Source: Fistulifera solaris (lineage: Eukaryota). Taken from it: a stretch of 64,000 bases of DNA. A model generated the notes under the pieces. That model saw only the letters and a list, made by a program, of their open reading frames with translations, had not been told where the DNA came from and ran no database searches. Where the stretch lies: NCBI GenBank assembly GCA_030295235.1, contig AP026162.1, forward strand, positions 1,736,001 through 1,800,000. Reading direction: 5' to 3'. Positions 12,674 through 24,608 of this stretch are shown here, piece after piece. Positions within the stretch are counted from its first letter, which is position 1. Each line of letters begins with the position of its first letter. The translations under genes were made by a program, and so were the position numbers.

Positions 12674-12916
12674 GATAGTCCTTGTCATTTATCAACAAAG
12701 TGAAGGAGAAATACTAATCGTGGATGGCAACCACAGCAACCTTTTGAAGAAGATGATGATATTCATCATTCGTCATTCGCAATAATAAACGCCAACGAAG
12801 AGCGGCTCATGACTCATGATTCTACCTCAGCAAATCCAGTCATGTGAAGAGGTAATCTACACTTTAGGAGATAGTAATGGAGTTGGCGGACGAATACGGT
12901 ACTCACAGGAGTTATA

Positions 12917-13110
12917 CACGTTCACAGAAAATGTGGGGACGTGGTAAAATGTGGGCATGTGGTTTTTTCACGAGGAGTCGTCCAGAAAATGTGGGGATGT
13001 GGATTTTCCACGTCTTCAGAGAATGTGGAGAATGTGGGCATGAGGTTTTTCACGTCTCCAGAAATGTGAGGATGTTGTTATTCACTTCTCCAGAAAATGT
13101 GAGGATATGT
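12917..13110 (+). repeat. Degenerate short repeats (CAGAAAATGTGGG-like), related to the adjacent satellite
   Basis: About seven AATGTG(G/A)G cores between 12928 and 13103. Confidence 0.7.
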
Positions 13111-13142
13111 TTTTTTGTCCCAAGAGGTATATGAACAAGCCA

Positions 13143-14350
13143 TGGACCAGTGTTTTCTCGATCCTACCGAACTGCTGTGCCCTTTCCAAACATACTGGAC
13201 GCGGTGTTTGGTGTCACGATTTTAATTGTGGTGAACGTTCCAATAATTCTGGAAAGTGTGTTTTTATCATAACAGAAGAAAGTGGGCGTTCCAGAAATTC
13301 TGGATCATTTATTTCCCTTCATACAGAATTCTGTGCTGGTCCAGAAATTCTGGACCAGTGCTTTTTCGATCCTACCGAACTACTGTGCACGTTCCAGAAA
13401 TACTGGACGCGGTGTTGGTGTCACGACAAATGTTGTGCACGTTCCAATATTTCTGAAAGTGTGTTTTGATCAGAACAAAAGAAAGTGGGTGTTCCAGAAA
13501 TTCTGGATCATTTATTTCCCGTCATACAAAAATTCTGTGCTGGTCCAGAAATTCTGGACCAGTGCTTTTTCGATCCTACCGAACTGCTGTGCACGTTCCA
13601 GAAATACTGGACGCGGTGTTTGGTGTCACGACGAATGGTTGTGCACGTTCCAGTGTTTCTGAAAAGTATTTCCCTTCATACAAAAATTCAGTGCTGGTCC
13701 AGAAATTCTGGACCAGTGCTTTTCGATTCTACCGAACTGCTGTGCACTTTCCAGAAATACTGGAGGCTGTTTTTGTGTCATGACGAATTGATGTGCACGT
13801 TCCAGTATTTCTGAAAGTGTGTTTTGATCAGAACAGAAGAAAGTGGGCGTTCCAGAAATTCTGGATCATTTATTTCCCGTCATACAAAAATTCTGTGCTG
13901 GTCCAGAAATTCTGGAAACCAGTGCTTTTTCGATCCTACCGAACTGCTGTGCACGTTCCAGAAACACTGGACGCGGTTTTTTGTGTTATGACGAATTGTT
14001 GTAGACGTTCCAGTATTTCTGAAAGTGTGTTTTGATCAGAACAAAAGAAAGTGGGTGTTCCAGAAATTCTGGATCATTTATTTCCCGTCATACAAAATTC
14101 TGTGCTGGTCCAGAAATTCTGGACCAGTGCTTTTTCGATCCTACCGAACTGCTGTGCACGTTCCAGAAATACTGGACGCGGTGTTTGGTGTCATGACGAA
14201 TTGTTGTGCACGTTCCAGTATTTCTGAAAAGGTTGTTTTGATCAGAACAAAAGAAAGTGGGTGTTCCAGAAATTCTGGATCAGTTATTTCCCGTCATACA
14301 AAAATTTTGTGCTGGTCCAGAAATTCTGGACAGTGCTTTTTTCGATCCTG
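13143..14350 (+). repeat. ~205-bp higher-order tandem satellite (~6 units), each of four ~50-bp subunits carrying a TCCAGAAATTCTGGA-type palindrome
   Basis: TGGACCAGTG-type anchor at ~13143, 13351, 13555, 13709, 13914, 14120 and 14327. One unit lacks a subunit (spacing 154). Confidence 0.95.
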
Positions 14351-14530
14351 GGAGGGCGGAAATTCACTTGTTCAGAAAATGCGTCTGCAGCCATGACGCC
14401 GTTCAGTGTCAAATCCGTAAACGAATGAAATAGACCAGGTAAGACGAAGTTCTTCTATTGTATCCATTTCAATTTCAATTAGGCAACACTCGAGTTCGGG
14501 ATCCGTATCCAGAGTGGCTCAACGTAAAAA

Positions 14531-15367
14531 ATGGGATCGCGTGCATTATTATTATTATTTGTCCCCCTCTTGTTCGGACGAGTGTCGTCGGCGTTTATTC
14601 TACAACAGAAACCAATCAGCTACCCACATGAATTGCGCGTAAAAGATTTGGAAAAAGATATCGAAGAAAGAAGCCGAAGGAATGCGAAAGGGGGAGCAGG
14701 AGAGGTAGCCGCAGGTGCCGTCTTGGGGGGACTCCTTGGAGGTCCTTTCGGTAGGTGTCTTCCATGTTACGAATCGGGCCTCGATCATAACCGTCTTTCT
14801 CACGCCACGATTTTGACTCTTTTCATTCTATAAAGGAGCTTTATTTGGGGCCTCAATTGGATCTAATTTTGGGGCTAAAGGTGCATTGGAAAGAGCCCGC
14901 AGAGAAGAAATGGAGCGACTGGGCGTGACCGAAGAGATGCTACAATCAGCGAGGAATGTCGGGGCGGCCTTGGAACGCAGTTTGGAGGGTCTGAAAGCCA
15001 CGCGTGAAAGCCTGGAAACTCAACAATTAAATGCAAGGAGGCTGGATGCCAAAGTTGAGGAATTGTACGACAAAGCAAAGAGCGCGCTTTCCAGCGGCGA
15101 CGAAGACGCCGCGAAGCGATTCCTTTGGAGCGCACCTCTGTGCAAGACAAATTGAAACGCGTTCTGATGCAATGTGCCGAAGAGAAACGGCGCTACGAGC
15201 AATTGGAAAGTAACGTATCGATATTGGAAGAGAAGGCAATTGAGGTGAATACGCTTCTGCAAAGAACCATTGGGGCAAAAGCAGTCGTAGATACAGGGAA
15301 TCTTGGATTTTCATTGTCGAAGGAAGATCCTCTTCTTCAAAAATTTCGCGATTTAGGTATTGAATAA
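14531..15367 (+). CDS. Plastid-targeted PspA/IM30-like coiled-coil protein with glycine-zipper segment
   Basis: Presequence VSSAF; GAVLGGLLGGPFG|ALFGASIG; LYDKAKSALSSGDEDAAK; ends DPLLQKFRDL. Intron ~14751-14836; indel ~15125. Confidence 0.6.
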
Positions 15368-15571
15368 AGGTTTCGAATACATCGATGCTCGAAGGGGACT
15401 ATTGACTTTTTACAACAAACACCTAGCACTGCTTTACTACAGCATTAGAATCAAAATAGTAACTGAACCGTAAATCTATCTAGTGTAAATTTCGTGTCTT
15501 TTAACGGATACGAATAATGCGATTTGCAGTAAAATACAGTAGACTAGACGACATTAGTTTCAGGTACGACC

Positions 15572-16012
15572 TGTCACAGAATATCTGCAAGACAACAAAC
15601 CGAGTCCAGAATTTTTGGACTTGCCACAGAATTTCTGTATGACAACCAACCGAGGTCAGAATTACTAAAAAAACGACCGAGTCCAGAATTTCTGTAAGAC
15701 CAACAACCAACCAGGTCCAGAACCAGAACTTCTGGACCAGTCACAGAATTTCTGTAAGACCAACAACCAACAAGTCCAGAATTTCTAGACCAGTCACAGA
15801 ATTTCTTTAGGATTAACAACCGATTCCGAAATTTTCGGACCGTTCACAAAATTTCTGTAAGATCAACAACCAACCTGGTCCAGAATTTCTGGACTCTTCA
15901 CAGAATTTCTGTATTACCAACAACCTAGTCCAGAATTTCTGGACATCCTACTGAATTTCTGTATGACAAACAACCTAGCCCAGAATTTCTGGTAATTCAC
16001 AGAATTTCTGTC
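15572..16012 (-). repeat. ~52-bp tandem minisatellite (~8 units), reverse-complement relative of the 13-14 kb satellite
   Basis: Consensus GTCCAGAATTTCTGGACCAGTCACAGAATTTCTGTA(A/T)GAC. Its reverse complement closely matches GTCATACAAAAATTCTGTGCTGGTCCAGAAATTCTGGAC in the left array. Confidence 0.9.
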
Positions 16013-16295
16013 AGTAAGGTTTACTACAAAGTATCCACTCGACCTGAACCGCGTTGTACTGTAGACTACTGGTACCAGGAAGGACGCTAAAATTCTGCCT
16101 CTCAGTACAAGTTGCTACGTAGAGCCTACGGCGAGGCAGAATTTTAACGTCGTGTCCAGGTACACGCAAAGATTATTTTCTTCCGCGCGTTCGACTACTG
16201 TACAACAAGGACAACACACTACTGGTATTGCAGCATTGCGTCCGAAAAGGCGAAGTGTGTTCATGGAAGAAAAATAATCCGAGATCCCAATAAAC

Positions 16296-16970
16296 ATGGA
16301 GGACGAAGCCGCAGCCGCAACGCGTCAGAAACTAATGGCCGCAGATGAAGTTTATGTATACAAGATTCCTCCGATGAAAGGAGCCGGAGGCCACCGGTGA
16401 GTAGCATACATCGCTAATTGTTGCTAACGTCATCGAATCAACTCACGTCTTACGTTAATTTCCTTTAAAAGGGCGGACGATTGGGACCTAGCTAATCCAC
16501 TGCAGACTTGTAATCTCGTCGTCGAAATGAGTGGCAACACTCTTTACTTGGAGTTTATGCACGAAGGGACGCTCTTTGCGCAGAGTAAGATGGTGCTTGA
16601 CAAGGAAAAACACCTCAGTATAAGTCATTTTATCCAAGACGTTGTTGATTCGTCTCGTTATTTTGCTATCAAAATACAAGGAGTAGGTGGAAAGGAAGCC
16701 ACCATTGGCTTTGGCTTTCGCGATCGAGAAAAGGCCACAGACTTGCGCGAGAGTCTACAATACTTTCGAAAATCGGTCGACCGGGAAAGCGAAGCTCAAA
16801 CGATGCTGCCTTCTGTAAGCATTCCTGTGCTGGAACAAGGAGAGAAAATTCACGTTAATTTACACGGGAAGTCCACTATTTCGAAGACGAAAACGCAGCC
16901 AGAAAAAACTGGTAAAGTACCGGTTCCCCTTCTTCTAAAGAAACCTCCACCACCAGCTGGTGATAAATAG
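16296..16970 (+). CDS. NECAP: NECAP-like adaptin ear-binding coat-associated protein (PHear domain)
   Basis: EVYVYKIPP..GHR|ADDW, VVDSSRYFAIKI, IGFGFRDRE.A.DL. Intron 16397-16471. Confidence 0.9.
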
Positions 16971-17039
16971 ACGATACTACTGAAGCTATCTAGCTAGACT
17001 GACTTCTCAATTCATTGAATTTTTGCGCATTACGATCCA

Positions 17040-18209
17040 TTACTTCCGTCGAAACACAGTGCGTACCCGTTGCCACAATCCCTTATTTTCAGCAGTATCG
17101 TTTCTCTCCATCACATCTTTTCGGTACTGTTGCACTTGCTTGTAGTGCTCATCTCTCATCCTTGCAAGTTGCATTTCAGTTTCCCGTTGCTGTTTCTTCA
17201 ACTGGGAATTGTGCTGCATTCTTAGTTCAACGATGGTTCCTCTAAGCATTTCGATCTCCTCTTGGAGTCCAGTATCAATGACTTTCGGAGCTGACTGCAC
17301 TTTGTCTTCAAGAAAACGGTTCCTCTCTTCAATAGCTGCAATTTTTTGTCGAAGCTCTTGAATCATTTGCTGTGATGCGTCACATTCCGCAAGCAGCGCC
17401 GTGTATTTGCCCTGTATGATCGATGCCTTTTCCTCCGACGCTGCTAGAGAACGTTGAGCTCTTTCGACCGCCTCTACGTCGACACTTCTCCTTTGCCGTG
17501 TTTCTTCTAGTTTAGCTATAAATTCATCGCGTTCAGCGTAAACGTCATCTAGCTCGGCTGACAGCTCCTCCTCTTTCCGGCGTTGGTTGTCAAGTATAGT
17601 CTTGTGCCGATTCAGTTCGTTCTTACAATCTGCTTCCATCTTTCTCCTATCTTCAGCCATAAGCGCGATCTTCTCCTCCATCTGGATGGCTTTTGTTTCA
17701 TAAGCTTTCAAATCTCGATTGTAAGATACTTCGCGCTTTATGAGATCAGAGATCTTCTTTGCCGATTTGCTCAGTGATGTTTCGTAGTCAGACGTCAATG
17801 TTTCGATCTGTTTTTCGTGTCGTTTCTTTTCGTTCGTCAGTGCAGACTCGGCACTTGCAAGCCTCTTCTGTACAGATTCTAAGTCTCCCAGAGTCTTCGT
17901 TTGTCGTTGTTTCTCTTGCGCCATACGTTTTTCCCATTGGGCTGACGATTTTTCGGACTTTTTCTTCATTTTCTTCACCACCAGTTGCAGCACTTTTAAC
18001 TTGGATTTTGTCAGTTTAAGCTCGTCCTCGGTATCCATTACAACGTTACCCTCATCTGCGTCCTTTGTTTGTGCTGTCATTCCGAAAGCAACCAATGAAG
18101 GCTCCGGTGTTCGAAGTTTCGATCCATTTTGCAACGGACCGAACTGAAACGGCGTGGAAAGAGGCGCGTTGACCAGAAGGCCGGCGAGCCACAATGGCTT
18201 TATTTTCAT
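17040..18209 (-). CDS. Coiled-coil protein with N-terminal signal/plastid presequence
   Basis: Long ORF; likely start MKIKPLWLAGLLV; heptad-rich E/K/Q body. Confidence 0.7.
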   Translation of the reverse strand: MKIKPLWLAGLLVNAPLSTPFQFGPLQNGSKLRTPEPSLVAFGMTAQTKDADEGNVVMDTEDELKLTKSKLKVLQLVVKKMKKKSEKSSAQWEKRMAQEKQRQTKTLGDLESVQKRLASAESALTNEKKRHEKQIETLTSDYETSLSKSAKKISDLIKREVSYNRDLKAYETKAIQMEEKIALMAEDRRKMEADCKNELNRHKTILDNQRRKEEELSAELDDVYAERDEFIAKLEETRQRRSVDVEAVERAQRSLAASEEKASIIQGKYTALLAECDASQQMIQELRQKIAAIEERNRFLEDKVQSAPKVIDTGLQEEIEMLRGTIVELRMQHNSQLKKQQRETEMQLARMRDEHYKQVQQYRKDVMERNDTAENKGLWQRVRTVFRRK

Positions 18210-18691
18210 GGTGGCTATATGATTGATACCTGAAGCTGACAAGGAGTGGTGGTTGTATCTTCGCAATGATGCAATGATGCAAAGAGTGCAATGAATGGCA
18301 TCTTGTGATGTTTTTGATGTGTCGGCGCGTGTTCTAGATGATGTGGTCCGGTCGCAGGACAGGCGACCTTTCCTTCTGGCTAATAAGGTTCTTAGTTTTT
18401 CGAGCAATAAAATAATGGTGAGGTCGTCAAGTGCAAAACATGCGTGCATTTAACTAAAAACGATGCTTGATTTACTAATAAAGAAGCCAGATTAAGTTAG
18501 CACAAAGCTCAAGGGTCCAACTTAATAATAGGTTAGATAGTTGGTAACCAAGTCTGCGAGGACAGACCTTCCTAAAAAGCAAACAACAACGTAGGAAGCG
18601 ACCCTAGCAAACAGTCCGGTTTTAAACTGGCCTAACTGTTAAGCCTGCAATTCAAAAACATGCAAAGCACAATCGCCCCTTTTGTGTCAAA

Positions 18692-19295
18692 TTACTTCTT
18701 GGTGCCCTTCTTCCCCTTCTTTTCGACGTCACATTATTTTTGACAACGGTTTCCTTCTCCGCCATGGCCTCAGCTCGTTCCTTTTCTGCTTTTTTGCTGC
18801 TCAAGTTTCAGCCTCTCCATGCGAGCGATCCGATCAGGCAAATTTGGCAGTTTTTCTGCTAACTTTAGCATCAACTCTTTCTTTGTATGGTTCGATACAT
18901 CCACTAAAACACGCCCTGCATTGTCCCACTGACACGTTATGTCACGGCTATAACCTTTATAGGGCTGTAAAACATGTCGAATATGTAGACTTTGGAGAGC
19001 CTGAGACAAATCCATCACTGATGGAGTCTCCACCGCTTGTTCCGCGCCAATTCGCCGTCCTTGCTTAATTGTTTTTGTCGAATCTAAATAGGATGGGTAA
19101 ATCACCTGAAAGCCGGTGGTATCCATGGTGAATGTTTCTTGAAGAGGCCAAAAATCCTGTACGACCGATCGGGAGCGGGAGGAAGGTGGACCATCTCGTC
19201 CTCGGGTATTTGCAGGGCATCCATCGGGTTTATTGGCATAGCGGGGGCTTTAGGGCCTACTTGCTTAATGCGCACGCCTCCTTTCTTTTCCCCAT
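18692..19295 (-). CDS. SRP19: Signal recognition particle 19 kDa protein (frameshifted)
   Basis: VIYPSYLDSTKTIKQGRRI..AV..P, KGYSRD, GRVLV, Lys-rich tail. The N-terminus is restored by adding one A in a homopolymer. Confidence 0.9.
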
Positions 19296-19928
19296 CCTTC
19301 GTTGTTGATTATTAAGTAAAAATGAGAGCCTTGATGAACAAATTGGCCCTTTGTGGCGTAAAATAAGCAACAAAACAACGGAGATCCGTTCCGTTCCGTC
19401 CACTTTCGAAATAAACAATACCTGTAAGACACTCGTAGTGCGACTTGAACAGGTTTTCTCATATAGTCACTAACAGTAGCATCTGCGCGTACAAACAGGT
19501 CTTTTGTCGTTTGTTCTTTTTGTTTCTTCTAGGTCCTTTGTTTCGAATTACGTAGTAGTAGGTAGTAGTAGTAGTTAATACAGTACAAGGTACACTTTGC
19601 TTTTTTATGTTTGTGCCTTGTGCTTGTGCGTGCCAGCTTTCCGTTTCCGTTTCTTCCTCGTTCCTCGTCGTCCTCCGTACTCCGTACTCCGCCGCAGGAT
19701 GTTTTTGCCACGCCAGCACACAGCACATACATACGACCGTCGACCGCACACACCACACACACAAAACAACAATCATCTGTGCGAAGCGACGATTGGTTTC
19801 ATTTTACTTCTCTCCGAGCAACTTCGTCGTCTCTATCAAAAGCTATCTCGTTGCACAAAAAGTCGCAGAATAACGGAGAGAGTCCAGGGCAAATCTCTTT
19901 ACTCTTAAAAAAGTTGCTCTCGTTTGAA

Positions 19929-21704
19929 ATGGATCCACCGCACGTCGCCGACGACGTGAACAAGCCGACTCGAGATGTTACTCCGGAATTTCCTGTTATG
20001 AGGTAAGGCAAAGTCTTTGCTGTGTCGCGCTTGCTCTCCTACTTGGATGATCGTCTTGAATGCCATTCGAAACATTTACACAAGTAGTATTTGGAGCAAA
20101 GAATGTTCAATCCTCCCTCGCGGCGCTCAAGCGAGTTGCCGCTTGCCGCCCGCATGGTCGCCGTGTTGCTTGTCAAAAGGAGTGGTGTAAAAAATTGCTG
20201 TTCCTGAGAGTTCTTGGAGACATCGAACATGTACTGATGACTGGAATTGCAAGTTGCAGTTCGGAGTCAGCTTATGCCTTGGTTAATATGATTGATGGAG
20301 TACCTCTCTACTCTTTTGTGTCCGAACGTATTTTGAAATAATGCTTTATGCTTTATGTCTTGTTTGATACTCCGTACTTCTTACTGTTTCTGTATGAACT
20401 GGATGACTTTCTGACTCTTCTCTCTTTCGCGAAACCAAACTTGCCTCACGAAAATTGTTTTCAGATCAATGCCTGTATTGACGAGTCTACCAAAGATTGA
20501 AAGAGGGCAAGATAGTTTAGTTGGAAGAGCAAAGCAACCTTTTTCAATTTCTCTCCCTCCTTTGAAACAAAGCTTTGGAGCCGCCGCATTGTCTCATTCT
20601 CCTGCCAACTATTCAAGTGACGACAAGTTTGGTCTCAAGCATGAGTGGGACGGCGTGGCTACCGAAAGCTTGTGGCAGGTCAAGGGCGAGGATCTTGAAA
20701 TGGTTCCCTGGGAATTTCCTCTTGAAAGGACTCATCGTGAGATTAGAATGGATGTTGGTGAAGTGGCAAGTCGCATTTCCGAGCGACTTCGTCTCATGTC
20801 AGTCGAAGCTGAATACTGTTCAAAGCAAGCCAAAGCAAAATGCAAAACGACCGATGCTGTTTCCTTTCGCATCCGTCTTTTCGCAGGAGGAGAAGATGGA
20901 CAACCGGTTGTAGTAGAGCTTCAAAGGAGGAGCGGATCGGCATCCAGTTTCATGCGAACTTGCCGCGCAGTTCTCGATGCGGCGGAGGGCAAAGATTCCG
21001 GCGAAAAGCCATCAGTTACATCTAATGGCGCACCACCGGTCTTTAAACTCCCCGTGAGTTCGATGAGTTGTCTGGCCCATGTGGTGACTGCGGATGCTGG
21101 ACTAGAATCAGATGCAAAAGAGGCCTTGCAAGGCGCACTTAAATTATTCAGATCGGACCAGCGCGACGCTAGTCTTCTTGGGCTCGAGAACTTATGGTGT
21201 CTATCCGACCCAGTGAAAACATCTGCTGGTGTAGCAACGTTTGTTTGCAAATCGCTTATAGCTCCCGGTGACGTTCGAGAAGAGCTTCGCGTTTTAATCG
21301 AGCACGATGTTTTCTCCGTGGAAGAAAACGATCCAGAAGGCTCATTAAAGTTCCGAGAGCATCAACGGTTTCTCTGCTTGCGCGTCTTCGCAAATGCAAT
21401 CTCTGTGTGCTTCAAGAATGGCTCTTTGAAAGACCTTGTTTCCGACTCCTGGTTTGCCGAGATCTTTGTTCCTTTGTTGCTCGACGAACTGAATAGAGCC
21501 GAGACCGGACTCCACAACGCTTTTCAAGCTGCCATTTGCTTACACGGTCTTTTGTCTTCCTCGCCCTCTACTTTGCACCAAGTACTTGTTGATAATGGGG
21601 CCAATGCAGCTTTGGAAAAGGCCTTTAAAATCGGGCAGTCGCGTCACGAACTACTTGCGTGCGAGAGCCGGCGCTGTTTGGATGTTTTGGACGCGAGCTC
21701 TTAA
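19929..21704 (+). CDS. Uncharacterised protein with a KA1-like region and helical C-terminus
   Basis: Exon 1 MDPPHV..VMR joins in frame over intron 20003-20464. VSFRIRLF..VVVELQRRSGS..F resembles the kinase-associated domain 1. Confidence 0.65.
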
Positions 21705-21756
21705 GCGATCCGGGTAACCTTTTATGTCTTTAATATTTTATAATTTGCTTCGTCGT

Positions 21757-22755
21757 TTAGTTATCTGCCTGATTCTACGAGCATACCTACGAAGAGCTCT
21801 ATCTTGGCGCCGCCTGCTTCGTTGGCAGCGGATCATGCGTAGGAGCAATCAAAACCTATGTGTTCTCCTAGCTGGTTTTGCTGAAAGCCTTCTGAAAGAC
21901 CTTCCACTTCAGATCGAAAAATCGGAGGTTCCCCCGTTCCAGTCCAACACAGTAATTGGCTACCTTCAAATTCGCTGAGAAGGGGTCAAATACTCGCGGT
22001 GAAAGACAAAGCACGCGAGCATTCAATGCTAGAACGATACCTGGAAAAGAAGGACCCAGGACCACTGTTGAGATGAGAAAGTCCTTCAACTTAGGCGACC
22101 CACGGGTACATACCGAATTCTTCATTCAAGCGAAATTGGCGAATAAGAGAAGCCATTTTCTCGCAATCATCTTTGTGTATCCCACTTTCGATTGGTAATT
22201 AACTTTGAATCCGAGTGAAGGGCGAAAGCGAACGGTGATACGTTCTCTAAACTCTCGACACGTCTTCGAAACGATATGCAGGCCTCAATAAAAGAGTGGC
22301 TTCTACGCAATTCAAAGAGTCGCGGCAGCCTGGCCGGGAAAGATGTCAGCATTAAGAAAAACGGTGGTGTGTAGGCTTGCCCTGCTCTCTTGCTGGCAGT
22401 TGTTGATTTGATTTAGCAGGCAACTGAGTGTGGCTGGAACAACTTGTAGCTCCTTCATGTCGAGTTTGATGTGCTTGAAAGGCGGTCGGAGAGCGCGGCT
22501 CAGAAAAGAGTGAAGCGACAACTGACTCGTGCGATTTGGAGGGTGTGCCATTATAGGAACGCCATCCGACAAAATATCCCTTGCAGAAAGCGCATTGCTT
22601 TCTTCAAAGTGTTTAGTGCTCGCGTCAAAAGAGGATCCTAGTAATATATCCGCTTCAATCGCATTTACATTCTCGTCGCTTAAGGCATTTTCCAAGCATT
22701 GTCGAGAGTTGGTCGCATGAGCCCATTTCAGTGTACTGGGGCAAGGCAATGTCAT
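21757..22755 (-). CDS. FAM151/menorin (DUF2181)-like protein; frameshifted, 3' end approximate
   Basis: WAHATNS, AIEADILLG, PIMAHPP, IKLDMKE, FLNADIFPG. Confidence 0.8.
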
Positions 22756-22929
22756 TTTCTACTGCGGTTGATAAGAAGATAGTCGGTCAGAATTGCTAGC
22801 AGAAAAATTAGGAGAAGTCTATATTGATGTGTTTTACATGCCGCGTTTGCAAAGAGGTTGGATGTCGATGAACAAAAGCTGTTTCAGGTCTCAGCTTCGC
22901 AATGAAAGGAAATGAGGTTATCAAGCACG

Positions 22930-23746
22930 TTAGGGATTGGGCTCAATGTCGTCTAGGATTATTTGCTCTTCATCCCCATCCTCCGTTATAACCCGTTGTA
23001 ATGGGTTCTCGTCGAGCCATTGTTTGTAGCTCTCGGTTCGTTGGACTGTGATAACTATTCTGGCTCGTCTTAGCTCTCTTCCGCCCGTTGATCGCCCCAT
23101 CCCGTGTAAGGACGCAACGGAGGGAGAGTCTACGGGCTGAACTGATGAGATTCCTCCTTCTTGTGATAAAATTGGCTGGAGCGGTGGGGTCCCAGGAGTT
23201 GCCTTTTTACGCTTTGGTTCGACTGTTACGTATGATGTTTGAACTCTTGAATGGTTATCGAAGTACGTTAGCTAGGAGCGGACGAGTCGAATGCGAGCAC
23301 ATCAACTTACCTCACTATTGTAGCAAGTCTCGAACGCTCCAAAAGGTGCGCAGCGTCTACTGCAGAAACGATCGCTCCCTCCAAAGCTGATAGGTCGCAC
23401 ATTTCATCCGTTACCAGGAATTTGCGAGCCAAATTGAAGAAAGCAGTAGGACCTTTCGATGCCGATACAGCAATCACCTGTCGTGGTTCCAAGGGAACCT
23501 CTTGAGTCGATGGTGATGTGCTCACTGTCGGAGCTGTAACAAGCTTCGTATCAATATCGCTTTTTCCGCCTTGAACATCGCTCGCCTTTGTTGGGGTTGT
23601 TAAACTGGCCGAACTAGCAGTATTTTTGATGTTGTCCGATTTTTCTTTTATTTGTTGAAGGTTCCGTGATTCCGTCGCTACTTGTGGCGACGGATTTCTC
23701 AGATCAGTATTCTTCGTTGATGCAGTTCCGACTCTTTTGTTGACAT
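22930..23746 (-). CDS. Alba-domain nucleic acid-binding protein
   Basis: VIAVSASKGPTAFFNLARKFL..DLSALEGAIVSAVDAAHLL..IVR|VQTSYV...ARIVITVQR. Intron ~23245-23310; indels present. Confidence 0.7.
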
Positions 23747-24608
23747 GCTATGCTGAGAATTGTTACGTTGCAGCAACTACTATTTCACTTCGATCGGGCA
23801 CAGAAATTTAGCGGCTGAGCACAACTTCGAAAGGCATTGACGCTACAATCTGCAGTTTGCTGCGAAACCTTATTATCTCCTTGTAATCTACTCTTGGTTA
23901 CCCTTTCAATTGAAAACGGCACAAATAATGCTCCTTGTCGCACAAAGGCTGACAATGGCGACTTTGCAGGAAAAAGAAAAACTTCAAAAGAAGTGAATTT
24001 TGCCATCGGAAATATCGGATATCCTTCAAGATCCCGTGCAAAGTGTTGACGTCAAATTCTCGCACAAAGATCGGACTGCAACTTCTCATCGAAGGGATTG
24101 AAATCTGTCTCATGACTGAAAGAGTTCTGACCCGGAGGTAAATTTCCTACACTTTAGTGGCGTGCTGCTATATCATGTCGTTTTATACATCGATATGGAT
24201 GCCGATCAGACAGGTCAAGACAGGGGGAGGGGGAGAAAATTGCTGAAAACTGCACAGGTAAAAAAAATACTTAGGGCAGAAGACAGATTGTTCCAAGACC
24301 GATTACAGATACTTAGTACTTTGAAAAAATACTAATACATTTTGTTAAAGAAGCCAAGAACGCAAGGAAGAATATATAGGCTTCTGAGTACCGGTGTATT
24401 CTGTGACTTAAGGATGAAGTTCAGAATTGGCTTTTTGACAAAAGGCCAACGACGACGGAGGACGGAGACCCTTTGCTGGTGATGAGAAACGGAGACATGG
24501 AGATTGAGATGAATATCACTTATCATTGTCGTTCGCTTGCTGATTATGCCAATTGAATGAGTTTACATAGACAAAGAGAATTTAAAGCCGCCTCGCCTCG
24601 ATGATACA

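Noticed and set aside
12877..14396. ORFs within the satellite
   Set aside because: They are repetitive translations in all frames with no domain signal.
13143..16012. CRISPR array suggested by regularly spaced palindromes
   Set aside because: The intervening sequences are themselves repeated rather than unique spacers, there are no cas genes, and the context is eukaryotic.
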